Shown here: piece by piece, positions 41,801 to 52,416 of the stretch
How positions within the stretch are numbered: position 1 is the stretch's first letter
How the letters are laid out: each line of letters starts with the position of its first letter
Assembly (NCBI GenBank): GCA_012295275.1
Contig: CM022672.1
Span: 22,506,001-22,570,000 of the forward strand
Direction of reading: 5' to 3'
DNA from: Chrysomallon squamiferum
Lineage: Eukaryota; Animalia; Mollusca
DNA: 64,000 bases
Made by a program: the position numbers and the translations under genes
The notes under the pieces: model-generated
Told to the model about the DNA's origin: nothing
The model's input: only the letters and a program-made list of their open reading frames with translations
The model's database searches: none

Positions 41801-44800
41801 TCATTAAGTTTCAAAATGTGTTGATGTGTCATTGATGTTATTATCGTTGGCAAGCTATTCTACCTACTTCTCAGTCCTGTCAAATACCGTGGCATGTGTT
41901 TTCATGTGAAACTGCATGTAAAATATCCTTTGTTGTCAATAGGTTACTTTATTGTTAAATGGTAACAACTTGTGCTTGAAGTGGGGATTATAACCTTTTT
42001 ATTATAAAAATCAAATCTACAACAGACTTGTTAAAAACCCTTAAAATACATTGCCAGCTGATATATTATATTATATATTACATTACATAACAACATTACA
42101 TTACATTACATTATGTTACATTACATTGTATTATATATGTTGTATTGTATATTAATTTGGGTGTGCCCAATACGTCGATTGCAATCAACCAGTTGATTGC
42201 ACAGACAGTGTGGGTAGATCACATGACATTAAAAAATAGCCTATCATCCATCCTGCAGCCATAATAAATGTTTTGGGTTTTTATTGTAGGTAGCTCATTT
42301 TTACTTGGTCATCTAAAAAGTAGCTCACAAGCCAAAAAAATGTGGGCACCCCTGCATTACACTGTAGTATATATTATATTATATTTTCCATTGAAAACCA
42401 AAGAACAGTTTATTTTTTCCTAGTTTTTTATATAATACATTTCTGTACTTTTAACCACACATATCATTTCAACTGAATGCTGTTTACAAAACATCTTGAT
42501 GTATTTTTCATGCTGTTTTTCCATTAGTTCCTATTTTTAGTACAGCAAACATGGGAACAGCAAAATTGCGCTTGCATGTCAAATTTTTTTTTCAAAAATA
42601 TTTAATATAATGAAGTTAATTTGTTGCGGTATACCTCAAATATGTTGATGCAGAGCACATTGCAAACATAGGAATAAAGATTATTATTGTCTTCTTATTC
42701 TTCATCTCTATATTTTTTTTTTTTTTTATACCTATGATATACTGAAGTTAATTTAGCAAAAGAACATTAGTGATACCACAAATATGTTTTTTTAAAGTGA
42801 ACAGCTAAGATATATATAACAAGAAGACTTTTATGCTGTATTTTAATTGTTTATTGTTTTTAATTTAAGACAATGTAATTATTTTAGGGCAATAATTTGC
42901 AGAGACATCGAATATAAGATTTTTGCAAAATATACTGCAAATGTAGGAATAAAATATATTGTACAAAAATACAAATATTTAACATTTAAATTTATTTTTC
43001 AAATAATTTAATGAAGTTAATGCATCATGAATTTCATGGTGATGTATATTTTTAACAGTTATTATTGAAATTGCAAATATGATTTTGCTACTCTCTACAG
43101 AAATAAGAATTACTAATGTCATATTTTTCATAACCAGCTGATCTAATGGTGTTAATTTCTTTGTTGCTTGCAAAATATATAGTTAACATTAATGTGTAAT
43201 GTCCAGATTTTTGTTTTTAATTAAATGATTTATTTCAGTGAATTCAAAATTATGATTTCAGGTTTTCAAAAAGGTAAAAGCAAATAATTACCAGCACCAT
43301 ATACATGTTTTACAAAGTATTAAAAAATATAGGAATACATTTTTTGGTGCATTATGTAAAAAATATTAAACAATATAATAAAGTGATTATTTTTATGTGT
43401 ATATATATAATATTTATTATATATAGGTATTTAGGTATATATATTATGTCTGAAATAGTCAATCGTTTCATATAAAGCTTGTTACTTTCAGTCATATTTT
43501 GTAAAGCCTAAAACTCATTGCTTTCTGTTGCACAGAATGCAGAATGCTGATCAGGCTATCTGTATAACATTTAATGGTAATTTGCACTATTTAGCCCTAA
43601 GTTGCATATTTATCTGTAGCCTCAAATGTTAAGATAAGCTATATTTCTCGTTATTAAACATTTCTATTGATTCTGCTATTTTGAACAGACAGAATAGAAC
43701 TATGAGGTACACCAGGAGCTTGTTTTGTGTATTACTCTTAGAATATACTGGTAAGAAAAATGAAATGTGCTCAGTTTATGTAGCATTGTGTAGTAACAGA
43801 CAATTAATATTTACATCTTTTTTTTTCTTTCTATAATTATATTTACATATTTTACTCAGCTCTCACAAACAACACATGTATTATCTTAGCAGATCTCAAA
43901 CGTTTTATCTTTCTGAATTAATAGATTTTACAAGGACATGCATTCTAGCAATGCTATACATGCACTTTATATATGGTAGAGGATATTTCAAACATTGCAA
44001 ATTCAGCTGCAAATTTGTTAATGAAATGGGATTTAACATTTAAGAAAATAATGCATCAATACTACATTATTTGCTTTAATCAGTTATGATATTCTAATCT
44101 GTTTATGAGTGAAAATGAACTAAGATATTATTGCAGATAATATTAATGTGTTTTGCCTTTACAGATTTAAATATTTTCTTGTTGTCTTGTAGATAGTTTT
44201 GCGTCCCATTTAACCACACCCTCTCAGTTCATACTTTACTTATAACAGAAAAACAATATAAAACAGTGTCCTGCTCACCCCAAAAAAATCTTAAATAAAT
44301 AATAAATAAATCTAACAAAAAAAAATCTTAAATAATATATTCCTTAAGACAACTGTTACCTATGACAAAAAGAATAAATAAATGACATGATATTCCTTAT
44401 GACCAGTCTTATTTCCAGCAGATAAATTCTCAACCTTAAATAAATAATTTACTCTATTCCTTGCAAAAATAATATATTTTGACAAAAAACATTTAAACTG
44501 ATATTCCTAACAAATCTTACCTCTCATAGTAAGAAAAAGAAAACAAAAACTTAAAAAGAAAAAGAAAAAAAAAGAAAAAAGAAATAAAAAGAACAACAAT
44601 AAAAAATAAATTACCAAAAATTAACTATAACAATTTTAAATGATTATATACTACATTCCTTATTACTACTCTTACCTTTTGGAAGTTTAACATTGCTGTT
44701 ACGGCCAGATGCAGTGGACAGGATTAGCAGTAGAGATAACAGTATCACAATAACCAGATATTGGTGCACACCCTTTAATCTCAGAGCAAGGGTCTCTCCA

Positions 44801-44805
44801 AACAT
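343..44805 (-). CDS. COL11A1-like: Clade B fibrillar collagen, alpha-1(XI)/alpha-1(V)-like; exons 1-35, 3' part lies beyond the left edge
   Basis: 35 GT-AG exons assembled by hand with consistent phases. Signal peptide; TSPN motifs ([34 protein letters not shown]); 63- and 75-bp minor helix exons; telopeptide; LAMRG joining exon; Gly-X-Y exons of 45/54/90/99/108/153/162 bp colinear with recalled COL11A1 ([22 protein letters not shown]). COL5 versus COL11 orthology cannot be resolved in an invertebrate. Confidence 0.93.
945..998 (-). CDS. Collagen exon 34
   Basis: 54 bp [18 protein letters not shown]. Confidence 0.93.
1532..1585 (-). CDS. Collagen exon 33
   Basis: 54 bp [18 protein letters not shown]. 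Confidence 0.93.
2030..2119 (-). CDS. Collagen exon 32 (contains GFPGER)
   Basis: 90 bp [30 protein letters not shown]. Confidence 0.93.
2570..2623 (-). CDS. Collagen exon 31
   Basis: 54 bp [18 protein letters not shown]. Confidence 0.93.
3016..3069 (-). CDS. Collagen exon 30
   Basis: 54 bp [18 protein letters not shown]. Confidence 0.93.
3453..3506 (-). CDS. Collagen exon 29
   Basis: 54 bp [18 protein letters not shown]. Confidence 0.93.
3660..3895. repeat. Minisatellite, about 29-bp unit
   Basis: Repeated GTTAAATGTGATAAGTTCAG core, 7-8 copies. Confidence 0.9.
3921..3974 (-). CDS. Collagen exon 28
   Basis: 54 bp [18 protein letters not shown]. Confidence 0.93.
4317..4469 (-). CDS. Collagen exon 27
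   Basis: 153 bp [12 protein letters not shown]...GPPGGP. Confidence 0.93.
4863..4907 (-). CDS. Collagen exon 26
   Basis: 45 bp [15 protein letters not shown]. Confidence 0.93.
5455..5815. repeat. Degenerate minisatellite, about 55-60-bp unit
   Basis: Repeated TTTGATTTTAAAAGATAGCATTTACTGGA core. Confidence 0.8.
5847..5900 (-). CDS. Collagen exon 25 (Arg-rich)
   Basis: 54 bp [18 protein letters not shown]. Confidence 0.92.
6301..6354 (-). CDS. Collagen exon 24
   Basis: 54 bp [18 protein letters not shown]. Confidence 0.93.
6861..7022 (-). CDS. Collagen exon 23
   Basis: 162 bp [12 protein letters not shown]...GPPGEK, AAG acceptor. Confidence 0.93.
7530..7574 (-). CDS. Collagen exon 22
   Basis: 45 bp [18 protein letters not shown] acceptor. 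Confidence 0.92.
8180..8233 (-). CDS. Collagen exon 21
   Basis: 54 bp [18 protein letters not shown]. Confidence 0.93.
8569..8613 (-). CDS. Collagen exon 20
   Basis: 45 bp [15 protein letters not shown]. Confidence 0.93.
9138..9236 (-). CDS. Collagen exon 19
   Basis: 99 bp [12 protein letters not shown]...GSLGAP. Confidence 0.93.
9584..9637 (-). CDS. Collagen exon 18
   Basis: 54 bp [18 protein letters not shown]. Confidence 0.93.
10159..10203 (-). CDS. Collagen exon 17
   Basis: 45 bp [15 protein letters not shown]. Confidence 0.93.
10584..10637 (-). CDS. Collagen exon 16
   Basis: 54 bp [18 protein letters not shown]. Confidence 0.93.
10975..11019 (-). CDS. Collagen exon 15
   Basis: 45 bp [15 protein letters not shown]. 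Confidence 0.93.
11548..11601 (-). CDS. Collagen exon 14
   Basis: 54 bp [18 protein letters not shown]. Confidence 0.93.
11961..12068 (-). CDS. Collagen exon 13 (KGHR cross-link site)
   Basis: 108 bp [15 protein letters not shown]...GLPGPKGHR. Confidence 0.94.
12460..12513 (-). CDS. Collagen exon 12
   Basis: 54 bp [18 protein letters not shown]. Confidence 0.93.
12836..12889 (-). CDS. Collagen exon 11
   Basis: 54 bp [18 protein letters not shown]. Confidence 0.93.
13416..13472 (-). CDS. Collagen exon 10 (joining exon, start of major helix)
   Basis: 57 bp [19 protein letters not shown]. Confidence 0.93.
13744..13817. repeat. 28-bp tandem triplication of the exon 9 donor junction
   Basis: ACTCACCATGTGCTGTG-like unit with donors at 13750, 13778 and 13806. 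Confidence 0.9.
13807..13878 (-). CDS. Collagen exon 9 (N-telopeptide)
   Basis: 72 bp [32 protein letters not shown]. Confidence 0.88.
14277..14351 (-). CDS. Collagen exon 8 (minor helix end)
   Basis: 75 bp [25 protein letters not shown]. Confidence 0.93.
14844..14906 (-). CDS. Collagen exon 7 (minor helix)
   Basis: 63 bp [21 protein letters not shown]. Confidence 0.93.
15246..15305 (-). CDS. Collagen exon 6 (variable region)
   Basis: 60 bp, phase 0/0, [20 protein letters not shown], strong polypyrimidine-CAG and GTAAG. Confidence 0.75.
15982..16176 (-). CDS. Collagen exon 5 (TSPN end plus variable region)
   Basis: 195 bp, [26 protein letters not shown]...KKSKGGKK, Ser run, STDH. Confidence 0.92.
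17029..17191 (-). CDS. Collagen exon 4 (TSPN)
   Basis: 163 bp, [19 protein letters not shown]...[16 protein letters not shown]. Confidence 0.94.
17473..17683 (-). CDS. Collagen exon 3 (TSPN)
   Basis: 211 bp, [14 protein letters not shown]...VQLNDG, CAG/GTAAG. Confidence 0.93.
18930..19255. repeat. About 55-bp tandem array derived from the exon 2 donor junction
   Basis: Six copies of AAATATAATTAT..TGACATACCTGGAAATATATCTTCTA; the last copy is the real junction. Confidence 0.9.
19224..19427 (-). CDS. Collagen exon 2 (TSPN)
   Basis: 204 bp, SVDLLQAV...NVTGICDRR...LEDIFP, CAG/GTATGT. Confidence 0.92.
21890..21955. repeat. (TA)n microsatellite
   Basis: Direct read. Confidence 0.95.
22565..22625. 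repeat. (CT)n microsatellite
   Basis: Direct read. Confidence 0.95.
23330..23595. repeat. Minisatellite, 39-bp unit
   Basis: About 7 copies of CTTTATTATTAGCAAAGAT... Confidence 0.9.
24486..24778. mobile_element. Tc1/mariner-superfamily (Tigger/pogo-like) MITE, copy 1
   Basis: TA-flanked, degenerate TIRs (CAGGCTGAG...TTATCC / GATAAGGAATCC..); homologous over about 300 bp to copy 2 in the opposite orientation. Confidence 0.8.
27117..27184. repeat. (GA)n microsatellite
   Basis: Direct read. Confidence 0.95.
29415..29496. mobile_element. Possible DNA transposon terminal fragment
   Basis: Ends CTAGAACTGCCCCTG (CAGGGGCGGTTCTAG-like terminus); partner end not seen. Confidence 0.3.
33323..33479. 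repeat. 76-bp tandem duplication
   Basis: Two copies of CTAACCCCT...ATTATATTAAAACATAGATTTTT.ACTAAT. Confidence 0.85.
36292..36690 (+). mobile_element. Internally deleted, decayed mariner transposon
   Basis: From ATG 36444: [41 protein letters not shown] (mariner N-terminal HTH pattern), then [12 protein letters not shown] (catalytic-domain motif); stops and frameshifts present. Confidence 0.75.
36785..37105. mobile_element. Tigger/pogo-like MITE, copy 2 (inverted relative to copy 1)
   Basis: TA|CAGGCTGAGGATCCCTTATCTGAAAT terminus; shared internal blocks ACAGAAATAGTGATAT, TTTTCAGACTGTTTTG, AAAAATGTTAT. Confidence 0.8.
37455..37535. repeat. 25-bp tandem repeat x3
   Basis: ATGTTGAGAAATTTTTATCTTTTTT. 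Confidence 0.9.
39344..39965. repeat. Degenerate tandem repeat, about 160-bp unit x4
   Basis: Recurring TAAAGACTGTTATTAACTG, AATTAAACCA and AAGATTGTTTTAAAA blocks. Confidence 0.8.
39998..40380. repeat. Tandem duplication, about 180-190-bp unit
   Basis: ACATTA.TAACAAGACAGAAAGAT...GAATGAAA..GTACATTA.CTAACAACA occurs twice. Confidence 0.8.
42158..42354. mobile_element. hAT-like MITE
   Basis: Terminal inverted repeats tgggtGTGCCCA / TGGGCACCCCTG (CAGGGG-type end), subterminal GTAGCTC/GTAGATC motifs, inserted in an (ATTAC)n tract. Confidence 0.7.
44676..44805 (-). CDS. Collagen exon 1, signal peptide
   Basis: [44 protein letters not shown]; A at -3; phase-1 GTAAG donor matches exon 2 phase. Confidence 0.85.
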
Positions 44806-45210
44806 GATGACAGTTTTTTTAAAACTGCATCCCTGCTACACACAATTTTTTAAAACCTACACCTTTCCCCTAGCCAGGCTTTTACACCTCTTTTTTTTAT
44901 TTTTTTTTTTTATTTGGCTTTGGAACCTTGCTTTCTTTTTTTTTTCCCCAGCTTTCCTATGGGTAGGTCATACTGTAAATATACATATACACACTGTAAA
45001 GTCCTCCTACCAGACAATTTCTCTTTGCCCTGGCGTCGTGTCTAGAACACGAGCTGCAATACAGTGAGAACCAACTTCCCACAAAGAAGATGGGAATGGT
45101 TAAAAAAGACTGCTGACGTGGTATACCAGGGCCAAAGGAGCCTAGCAACTCAACAAACTTTTCAAAGTTGACTGGCTGGCTGCTGGCAGGCACAGCCTTG
45201 CATAGGGTTC
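44806..45210 (-). promoter_or_regulatory. Probable 5'UTR and proximal promoter of the collagen gene
   Basis: Locally GC-richer, CpG-containing block directly upstream of the ATG; TSS cannot be placed. Confidence 0.35.
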
Positions 45211-45276
45211 TTTTGGGGGTAAAAAAAAAAAAAAAAAAAAAAAAGAAAGAAAGGTGGAAATTATTGTTATTGGATC

Positions 45277-45312
<36 letters not shown>

Positions 45313-46921
45313 GTTTACCCCAGTTAAAAGACACTCATTTGAGAAAGAAAACAAAAAAAAATTCCAAAAACAAACATATTATTAAATATTAAAAATATTT
45401 TGCAGTTTTTTTTTTTTTTTTTTTTACTTGTAAATATATATATATAAGCAAAATGTTTACAGAATTGTTTCTGCTCCTCAAACAATGTTGTAGAAAACAT
45501 AAATGGTTCTGTTAAAGTTATTAAAAAGAATTTTAGTCAAAAAGAAAAAAAGGAAAAACAATAAACAAATTTAGTAGTAGTTTATTTACTCCATTTTTGA
45601 TAAAACATTCAAAATTTTTGCAGTGAAATATATATTTTTTTTTTAAAATAAATGACAAATAAATAAATAAATAAATAAATACAGAGTAATAATAATAAAA
45701 AAAAATTACATGAGGGAAACTAAATTAAAATTATATATCTACCTCTTTGTGAAATTTTAATATAAACAACAATGTGGGTTTTTTTTGTACCTTCTTTGCA
45801 AAGACAATACTTATGCAAAGTTCTACAACTACCTTAAATAACAACAACAACAACAACAACAACAATAATAATAATCTAAAGTATATTCTTGAAAATGACA
45901 AACTGTAACCTAACATATCAATACATTTTTACAAAAGATAAATTTCAGTAATTTTTATAAAATATAGTTAAATATAAAAACACACAAATTGCTTTTTGGT
46001 TTTCAAAGACTAGGTTTAATAAATGTTCTAAAAAATGTTTTAAAAATTTTAAATCTAGAAAAGACATCAGTATGCCAAGTCTTTTTTTTTTTTTTTTTAT
46101 CCCATGTTAAAGCTTCACAAAAACAGATGTCAATGATCTTTGACCTTGGTCTGAAGTTCATCACAAAGGTTGTATGTGACTCCACTCACAAAAACCAGGG
46201 ACCTTAGAAAACTGTTTAAGAGATTCCACAAGAAATTCTACACTTGGAAGAAAATTCTCCAAGTAACAAACAACTCTTGGCCAAACAGGGTTTGAAAATG
46301 CACACCATTCTGGCAGAGTGTGACAGGTGGCTAGTACAGCACTCCAATGATTTAGTCTCAACTTTATTTTTACAAATATAATTTGTGTCCTTTGTTGAAG
46401 CTATCACATCTCAACAAAAAAAAAAAAAAAATAAAAATAAAAATAAAAAAATAAATAAATAAATAAACAAAAAAAAGAAGAAGATATTTATTTATTATAT
46501 TATACATATGTGGTCATCAAATTTAAAGAGCAATTTAAAAACTTGTTAATTCAGGTACTAATATTGTAAAAATTTTACATTTTAATTGAGACTATTTTTA
46601 TTTTTTTTATTTATTTTGTTTAAAGAATTTTTATTTAAACATAAAAAAAAAAAAAGTTAGATTAAATAATGATGTAACCATTTCACAATAATATTTCAAG
46701 AAGATAATGAAACATTTTTAAAAAATATTTTTATACTGAATTAATTTTAAATAGTTTTAATGCTTATTACATTTGATAATTAACATTTTAAAAATATTTT
46801 TATGGTTTAATCTTAAATATTTTTATTTCTTATCTGATTTGTCAAATAACATTTTTATATGTTTTATACAGTTTTTTAAACTAATTTTAAAATAATACAT
46901 TTCAAAACCTAAAAGATGAAG

Positions 46922-46922
<1 letters not shown>

Positions 46923-46983
<61 letters not shown>
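46923..46983. repeat. (CA)n microsatellite
   Basis: Direct read. Confidence 0.95.
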
Positions 46984-46985
<2 letters not shown>

Positions 46986-47337
46986 CCCCTCTCTCAGTCT
47001 TGCCCTTTTCTCTCTCTCCCTCTCTTCAACGCAAACTATGCAGAGAAACAAATAAAAATTCTCTGCAGAAGCAAATTTGCCATTGGGACATGAATACAGT
47101 CTAGATGTTTTGGTTCCACTCTCTTAGAATAATTAGACCATGTCTCGGTTCTGAGACCAAGTAGGAGTTTGTTCACACCCTTAAATGACAAAAAAAAAAA
47201 AAAAGTTTTTAGAATTAAAGAAAAAAAATATATTTGAAACTGTAGAAAAATTTACAATGAATCCTTTACTTACAGCTGGTCAAACATGGTTTTAGTTTAC
47301 TTCTGTGTGAAATATTTATATTAAATTAAAATTTTCA

Positions 47338-47552
47338 AAAGACATTGTTAGTCCAGGAATTTCAAATAAGTGATGTCATTTCTGGAATTTTCTTTTAACT
47401 TTCAGGAGTCCACATTTAAAAAAAACCCATAAAAATAAAAATTTTAAATTTAAATTTTTCAAGAAACAATTTGAAGACATTGTTAATAAAGTAATTTCAT
47501 GTAAATAATGTCATTTCTGGAATTTTCTTTTAACTTTGAGGAGTGCACATTT
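47338..47552. repeat. 135-bp tandem duplication
   Basis: TGTCATTTCTGGAATTTTCTTTTAACTTT.AGGAGT.CACATTT occurs twice. Confidence 0.85.
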
Positions 47553-47876
47553 TTTTAAAATAAAATAAATAAATAATTGCTATAGAATTTTTGAGAACCA
47601 GTTTGAACTAAGTGCAAAGAAATTAAGACAAAATCTGATAACCGATTTAAAAAACTAAAAAAAAAAAATTTGTTTGTGATATTTGTTAACTATAAATGAC
47701 TTAAAAAAAAATTTTCTTCAATGAATTTTTTTTAAAGTCAATTATGTTTAGTTTATCGTATGTCAAATCCACTGGAGATTTCCGACAGTTTGTCAACAGA
47801 AAAAGAGAATTTAAAAAAACAAGTTTCTTATGAATAGGATTGAAGAAAAAAGAAGGAGCTAGAGTGTGTAAGTGTC

Positions 47877-47971
<95 letters not shown>
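47877..47971. repeat. Compound (GT)n(GA)n microsatellite
   Basis: Direct read. Confidence 0.95.
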
Positions 47972-47972
<1 letters not shown>

Positions 47973-49394
47973 AAGAGAATAAGAAAGAAAAATAGGAAAG
48001 AGAAAGAGAAGAGCAAAGGAGGAAAGAAAAAGAAATACAAAAATAACATAAAAGCAACAAAAAAAAAAAGAAAGAAGGAATTCAGTTAAGAAAAATTAAA
48101 AACATTTTTCACATATATCAAATTCCATGTAATTAAACAAGATGCTGAAAACAGCAGTTGTGTTGCATATTAGATTGCTAGAGAAAATAACAGTCATTTG
48201 CTTAATCATTTCAGATTTACACACAACACACATCGTTAAATGCTCAATGAGAATAAAAATAAAAACAAATTGAGCTTAACTTAAACTGTTAGTGCAAAAT
48301 AAAATTAAAATAACTAAAAAAATATCCATGTTTTTTAAATGAATGCCAACAATAAGTTGATATCAGAATAGTCCAAGATGAAAAACAATTGTTAAAAATA
48401 AAAATAAACTCTTCAACAAATTTTTTTTTTTTTTTAAAATTAAAATAAAATAATGAAGTAACAAAATATTCTAACTGAACAATTTTGTCTTCTGTTACAA
48501 AACTCAAAACCAAACAAAGAAACAAAAAATACATACCACCTAAAACAACCCATCCACCCAAAACCCACTAAATGTTTAAACAGAACATGACTTAGTGTTT
48601 TGTAAATTAACAATAAAAATAACCTTCTTATCATAATCCCATTTAACAACAATTAACACTTTTGTTCTTAAGTTTGGCTACCTTTTCTTGCTTCATTCAT
48701 ACAATAATTTTTAACTTATAAAATGATGAGCATTATAAATGATCTTTTCTTTTTTTTTTTTCTTCTTCTATTGTGCTTTTCTTGCCTATTGTAAATAAAT
48801 TTTAAGTAATAAATTAATCTGCATTATTATTACTTTTTTAAATCTTGAAAATATAAAAGGTGAAGAGAAAAGAAGGCTGAAATCTTTTAATTAATCCTAT
48901 TATTTGAAAACAATTAATTTTTGTTGTTCTTGTTCTTGTTGGCTGTCTTTCATTGCTTATTTTAAATAATAAAACCATCTGTGTTATTAGCTTTTCTTTT
49001 CTATTTTGAAAATAAATAAGATAAATAAAGATGACTGCAATTGTTATTAATTTCATTAATTTAAAACAATCAACTTATTTTTGTTCTTGTTCTTCTGTCA
49101 ACCATTTTTACTTACTTATTTTAAAAAATAAAATAATCTGCTTTATTGGCTCTTTTTTTTAATATTTTAAATCTGAAAAAGATAAATGAAGATGACAGCA
49201 GTCTTTATTAATATTCTTTATTTGAAAAGCAGTACAAGCTGTTTTGAACTTGCCATGAATCAGAAGGATGTCTACACAGAACTGGTAAAGCTATCTGTTT
49301 TCCTAAACACTGTATTTTCACTAATGTTTACTGTAGTTACTCCTCAGTCATGGATGGCTGTTGTATTAATTTTCTATTCTGCTGAAAGTTCAGA

Positions 49395-49430
<36 letters not shown>

Positions 49431-50809
49431 CTTCAAATGTAACAAATTTTTAAGAAATAAAAATGAATGGGTTTACAACTTATATAAAAGAAATAAAAAT
49501 AAAAAATAAAAGTAAATAAAGAATTAATTAAAAATAAACAATGTACTTAAATTAATAATTTAAAGATAAATAAATAATTTCAATTAATCAATAAATAAAA
49601 GGTTAAATAAATCAGTTAATTAAATAAACAGATAACTTATTAATTAAATAAATAAATAAACAGCAAACAAAGAAAGGGATGAAGAATGCAAAAGGAATGA
49701 AAAAGAAATCAGATGAAATTAAAGAATGAAAAAAAAAAGAAAGTAAGAAACCAAAAAAAGATAAAATTATTAATTTTTATTAAAAATAAATTATTATTAA
49801 GGTTGCCAACCATTTTATCTTCTATGTCATTTTTTAAAACTTATTTATTTTTATCATATTTGTAATAGAAATTACTAGATAAATGTTCTTGTATTTTTGA
49901 TTAGCCCCAAATTTTCTGAAAAAGAAAACAAATCATCTGATAACTATTTGCAGTGGAAGATTCAGCTTTTCAGAGGAGACAGGAAGACATCATTGCCACT
50001 GATAACACTTTCAGTATGAAAGTTCTGTAATAATGAACAGCATAAACACAATCAGTTCACTTTCTGTTTTTCTGTAAGGGCTGGATTAAATTAATGCATC
50101 ATCAGCAGCATAAATTATAATAGGGACATTAAATTAATAAAAAAAAAAAAGACACATGAAATAATTTGTTTATGTTGTACCTAAAAGCGATAACTGATAT
50201 ATCAATTTAAAAATACATAAACCAAACAACGATTGCAAAGAAATATGAATAATAAACACCATTTTGAGAATAATTTTATTATTAGGACATGCTAGATGAA
50301 AAAATGACAAAATATGAATAAACAAAATAATTTTTTTAGTTTTTGACACAACAATTTAAAAAAATGTATTTTTTTCAGATAAATGTTTCAGGTTTTCTGC
50401 AAAAAGAAGTGCATGTATACAGATAACATAACAATAATGCATAACATAAACTCTTTAGACACATGGTTTATAAAACTTCATTTTGTTATTTTTAATTATC
50501 ACATATCTTTTTTCGTTCTGTCCTAACATGTTTAGGAAGATTCTGTATTAAAAACTATTTGTGTTAGGGTTTCCCTATTTGGAATACATATATTTAGAAA
50601 CAAACACTACAAAATGACAGAAATAAAATCTTGAAAAAATTAACTATTTTTTGGAGATGTTCATGAAATAAAAAAATATATTTTAAAAAAGCCAAGAATG
50701 AAAGTAAACCAGTATTTTTTTTTTTTTTTTTTATGGCAACAAAAGGGGATTATTTCCATCAAGTTTCAGTTCTGTCATATAAAAAATAACAATTTTTTTT
50801 TTTTTTTTT

Positions 50810-50957
50810 CCACGTCCCCTTAAATCCTTTATGTTCTAAGGCGTAAAGGCCACAGCATCCCTTATCGTCATGACAAAATAAATATTTAATGCTGGGCCTT
50901 TGAAAGCATGGGGACCGTGGCACATGCTACTTTTGCCACTAGGTTAATCTGGCACTG
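50810..50957. mobile_element. Terminal fragment of a non-autonomous DNA transposon
   Basis: GC-rich island ending GGCACATGC...GGTTAATCTGGCACTG, resembling CAGTGCCGGATTAA-type MITE termini; partner end not seen. Confidence 0.45.
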
Positions 50958-51370
50958 CATCTAGTATTGTGAACTCAATTTGTAACCATTCTTTCTTCTG
51001 CTATCACTTGAAAAATAAGCAGGTATACAGGTGAGTAAGCAAGCAAGCAAGTAAGTAAATAAATAAAATAAAAAATAAAATAAAATAAAAGAAATAAAAT
51101 CTTTGAAAAAAATTGGACTAGTGAAACAATTTGTATATAAATTTTAGTAACAAAAGTTAGTAAATGAAATAAAGACAGAAAAATAAATAGTAAATTGTAA
51201 ACATTATAATTAGTAAACAAAATTGAACAAATTTCACTGGAAAAGCTATTTGTCTATTATTTTTATAATTTATATATATATAAAATCAATTCAGTCAGAT
51301 CTGTAATGAATAAATGATGAAGATTTTTATTTGTTAATGTATAAACAAGTTTGAACATTTCCAAAAACAT

Positions 51371-51417
<47 letters not shown>

Positions 51418-51559
51418 TAATAATAATAATAATAATAATAAACACATCTATAATCTGAATGTACATACACATACCTACAAAAGTAACTTAAGTTACTGAA
51501 ACAAAACTCAAAACATTCAAACCGACTAGTCACTAACAAAATTAATATAGATTTTTTAC

Positions 51560-51590
<31 letters not shown>

Positions 51591-52366
51591 AAATAAAAGA
51601 ATAAAAATAAAAATAAAATAAATAAGTAAACTTATACCTCTTTTAAATTTGCTTTTTATTTTCAAAAACACTTTAAAAAAAAACTGATCATAACTGAAAT
51701 ATTACCTGATTTCCAAAGATCAGAAAAAATAAAAATAAAATAAAATAACCCTAACACAATCCACATACAAATACATTTTACAGCAAGATTTTTTAACCAT
51801 ACATATAAAAAAGATTTTAAATTCATAAATAACAATAAATTTTGTTTCAGAAAATAATCTTGTTTTTCAATCAATGATTCATTTCTTTTGTATAAATATT
51901 GTTATATTATATTTTAAAATATTAAATGATCAATATAGTAAAGGAACATGGTATTATTGCAAGTAGTCATAAATATATTATCTTTTAAAACCATATTGCA
52001 GTTTCTGTTTCAAATAATATTATCAGTTTGTTCAGAAAATAATAATAATAAAATCTTTTATTGGCAAAACAAAAAAGCAAAAAAGATAATATTTCTTGAA
52101 TATAGTGGAATTGAAACTATCAAATAATGTGACAAATTAACAAGTGAATGTTCTTCAGTTGTACATAAAAATGTGAAGTGTCAATAAAAATATGATAAAA
52201 ACTAAATCACAGAATCATTAAATAAAACAAATTTAATTATATCTGTAGTCTGTATTTTTCTCAATATAAATGTTTTCTTTTATTATTTAACTTTAAACTG
52301 AGACCTACAGAATTACCATGGAAATATTTCAACAATACAGGTATATACATTTGGTTATGAGAGTGA

Positions 52367-52370
<4 letters not shown>

Positions 52371-52414
<44 letters not shown>
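52371..52414. repeat. (GT)n microsatellite
   Basis: Direct read. Confidence 0.95.

Positions 52415-52416
<2 letters not shown>

Noticed and set aside
44957-44986. Short upstream ORF MYIYSMTYP ahead of the collagen ATG
   Set aside because: The TSS is unknown, so it may not be transcribed; no resemblance to the vertebrate collagen 5' stem-loop was evident
44693-45067. 124-aa plus-strand ORF antisense to collagen exon 1
   Set aside because: Non-ATG start, poly-Phe from T runs; explained by the antisense exon and UTR
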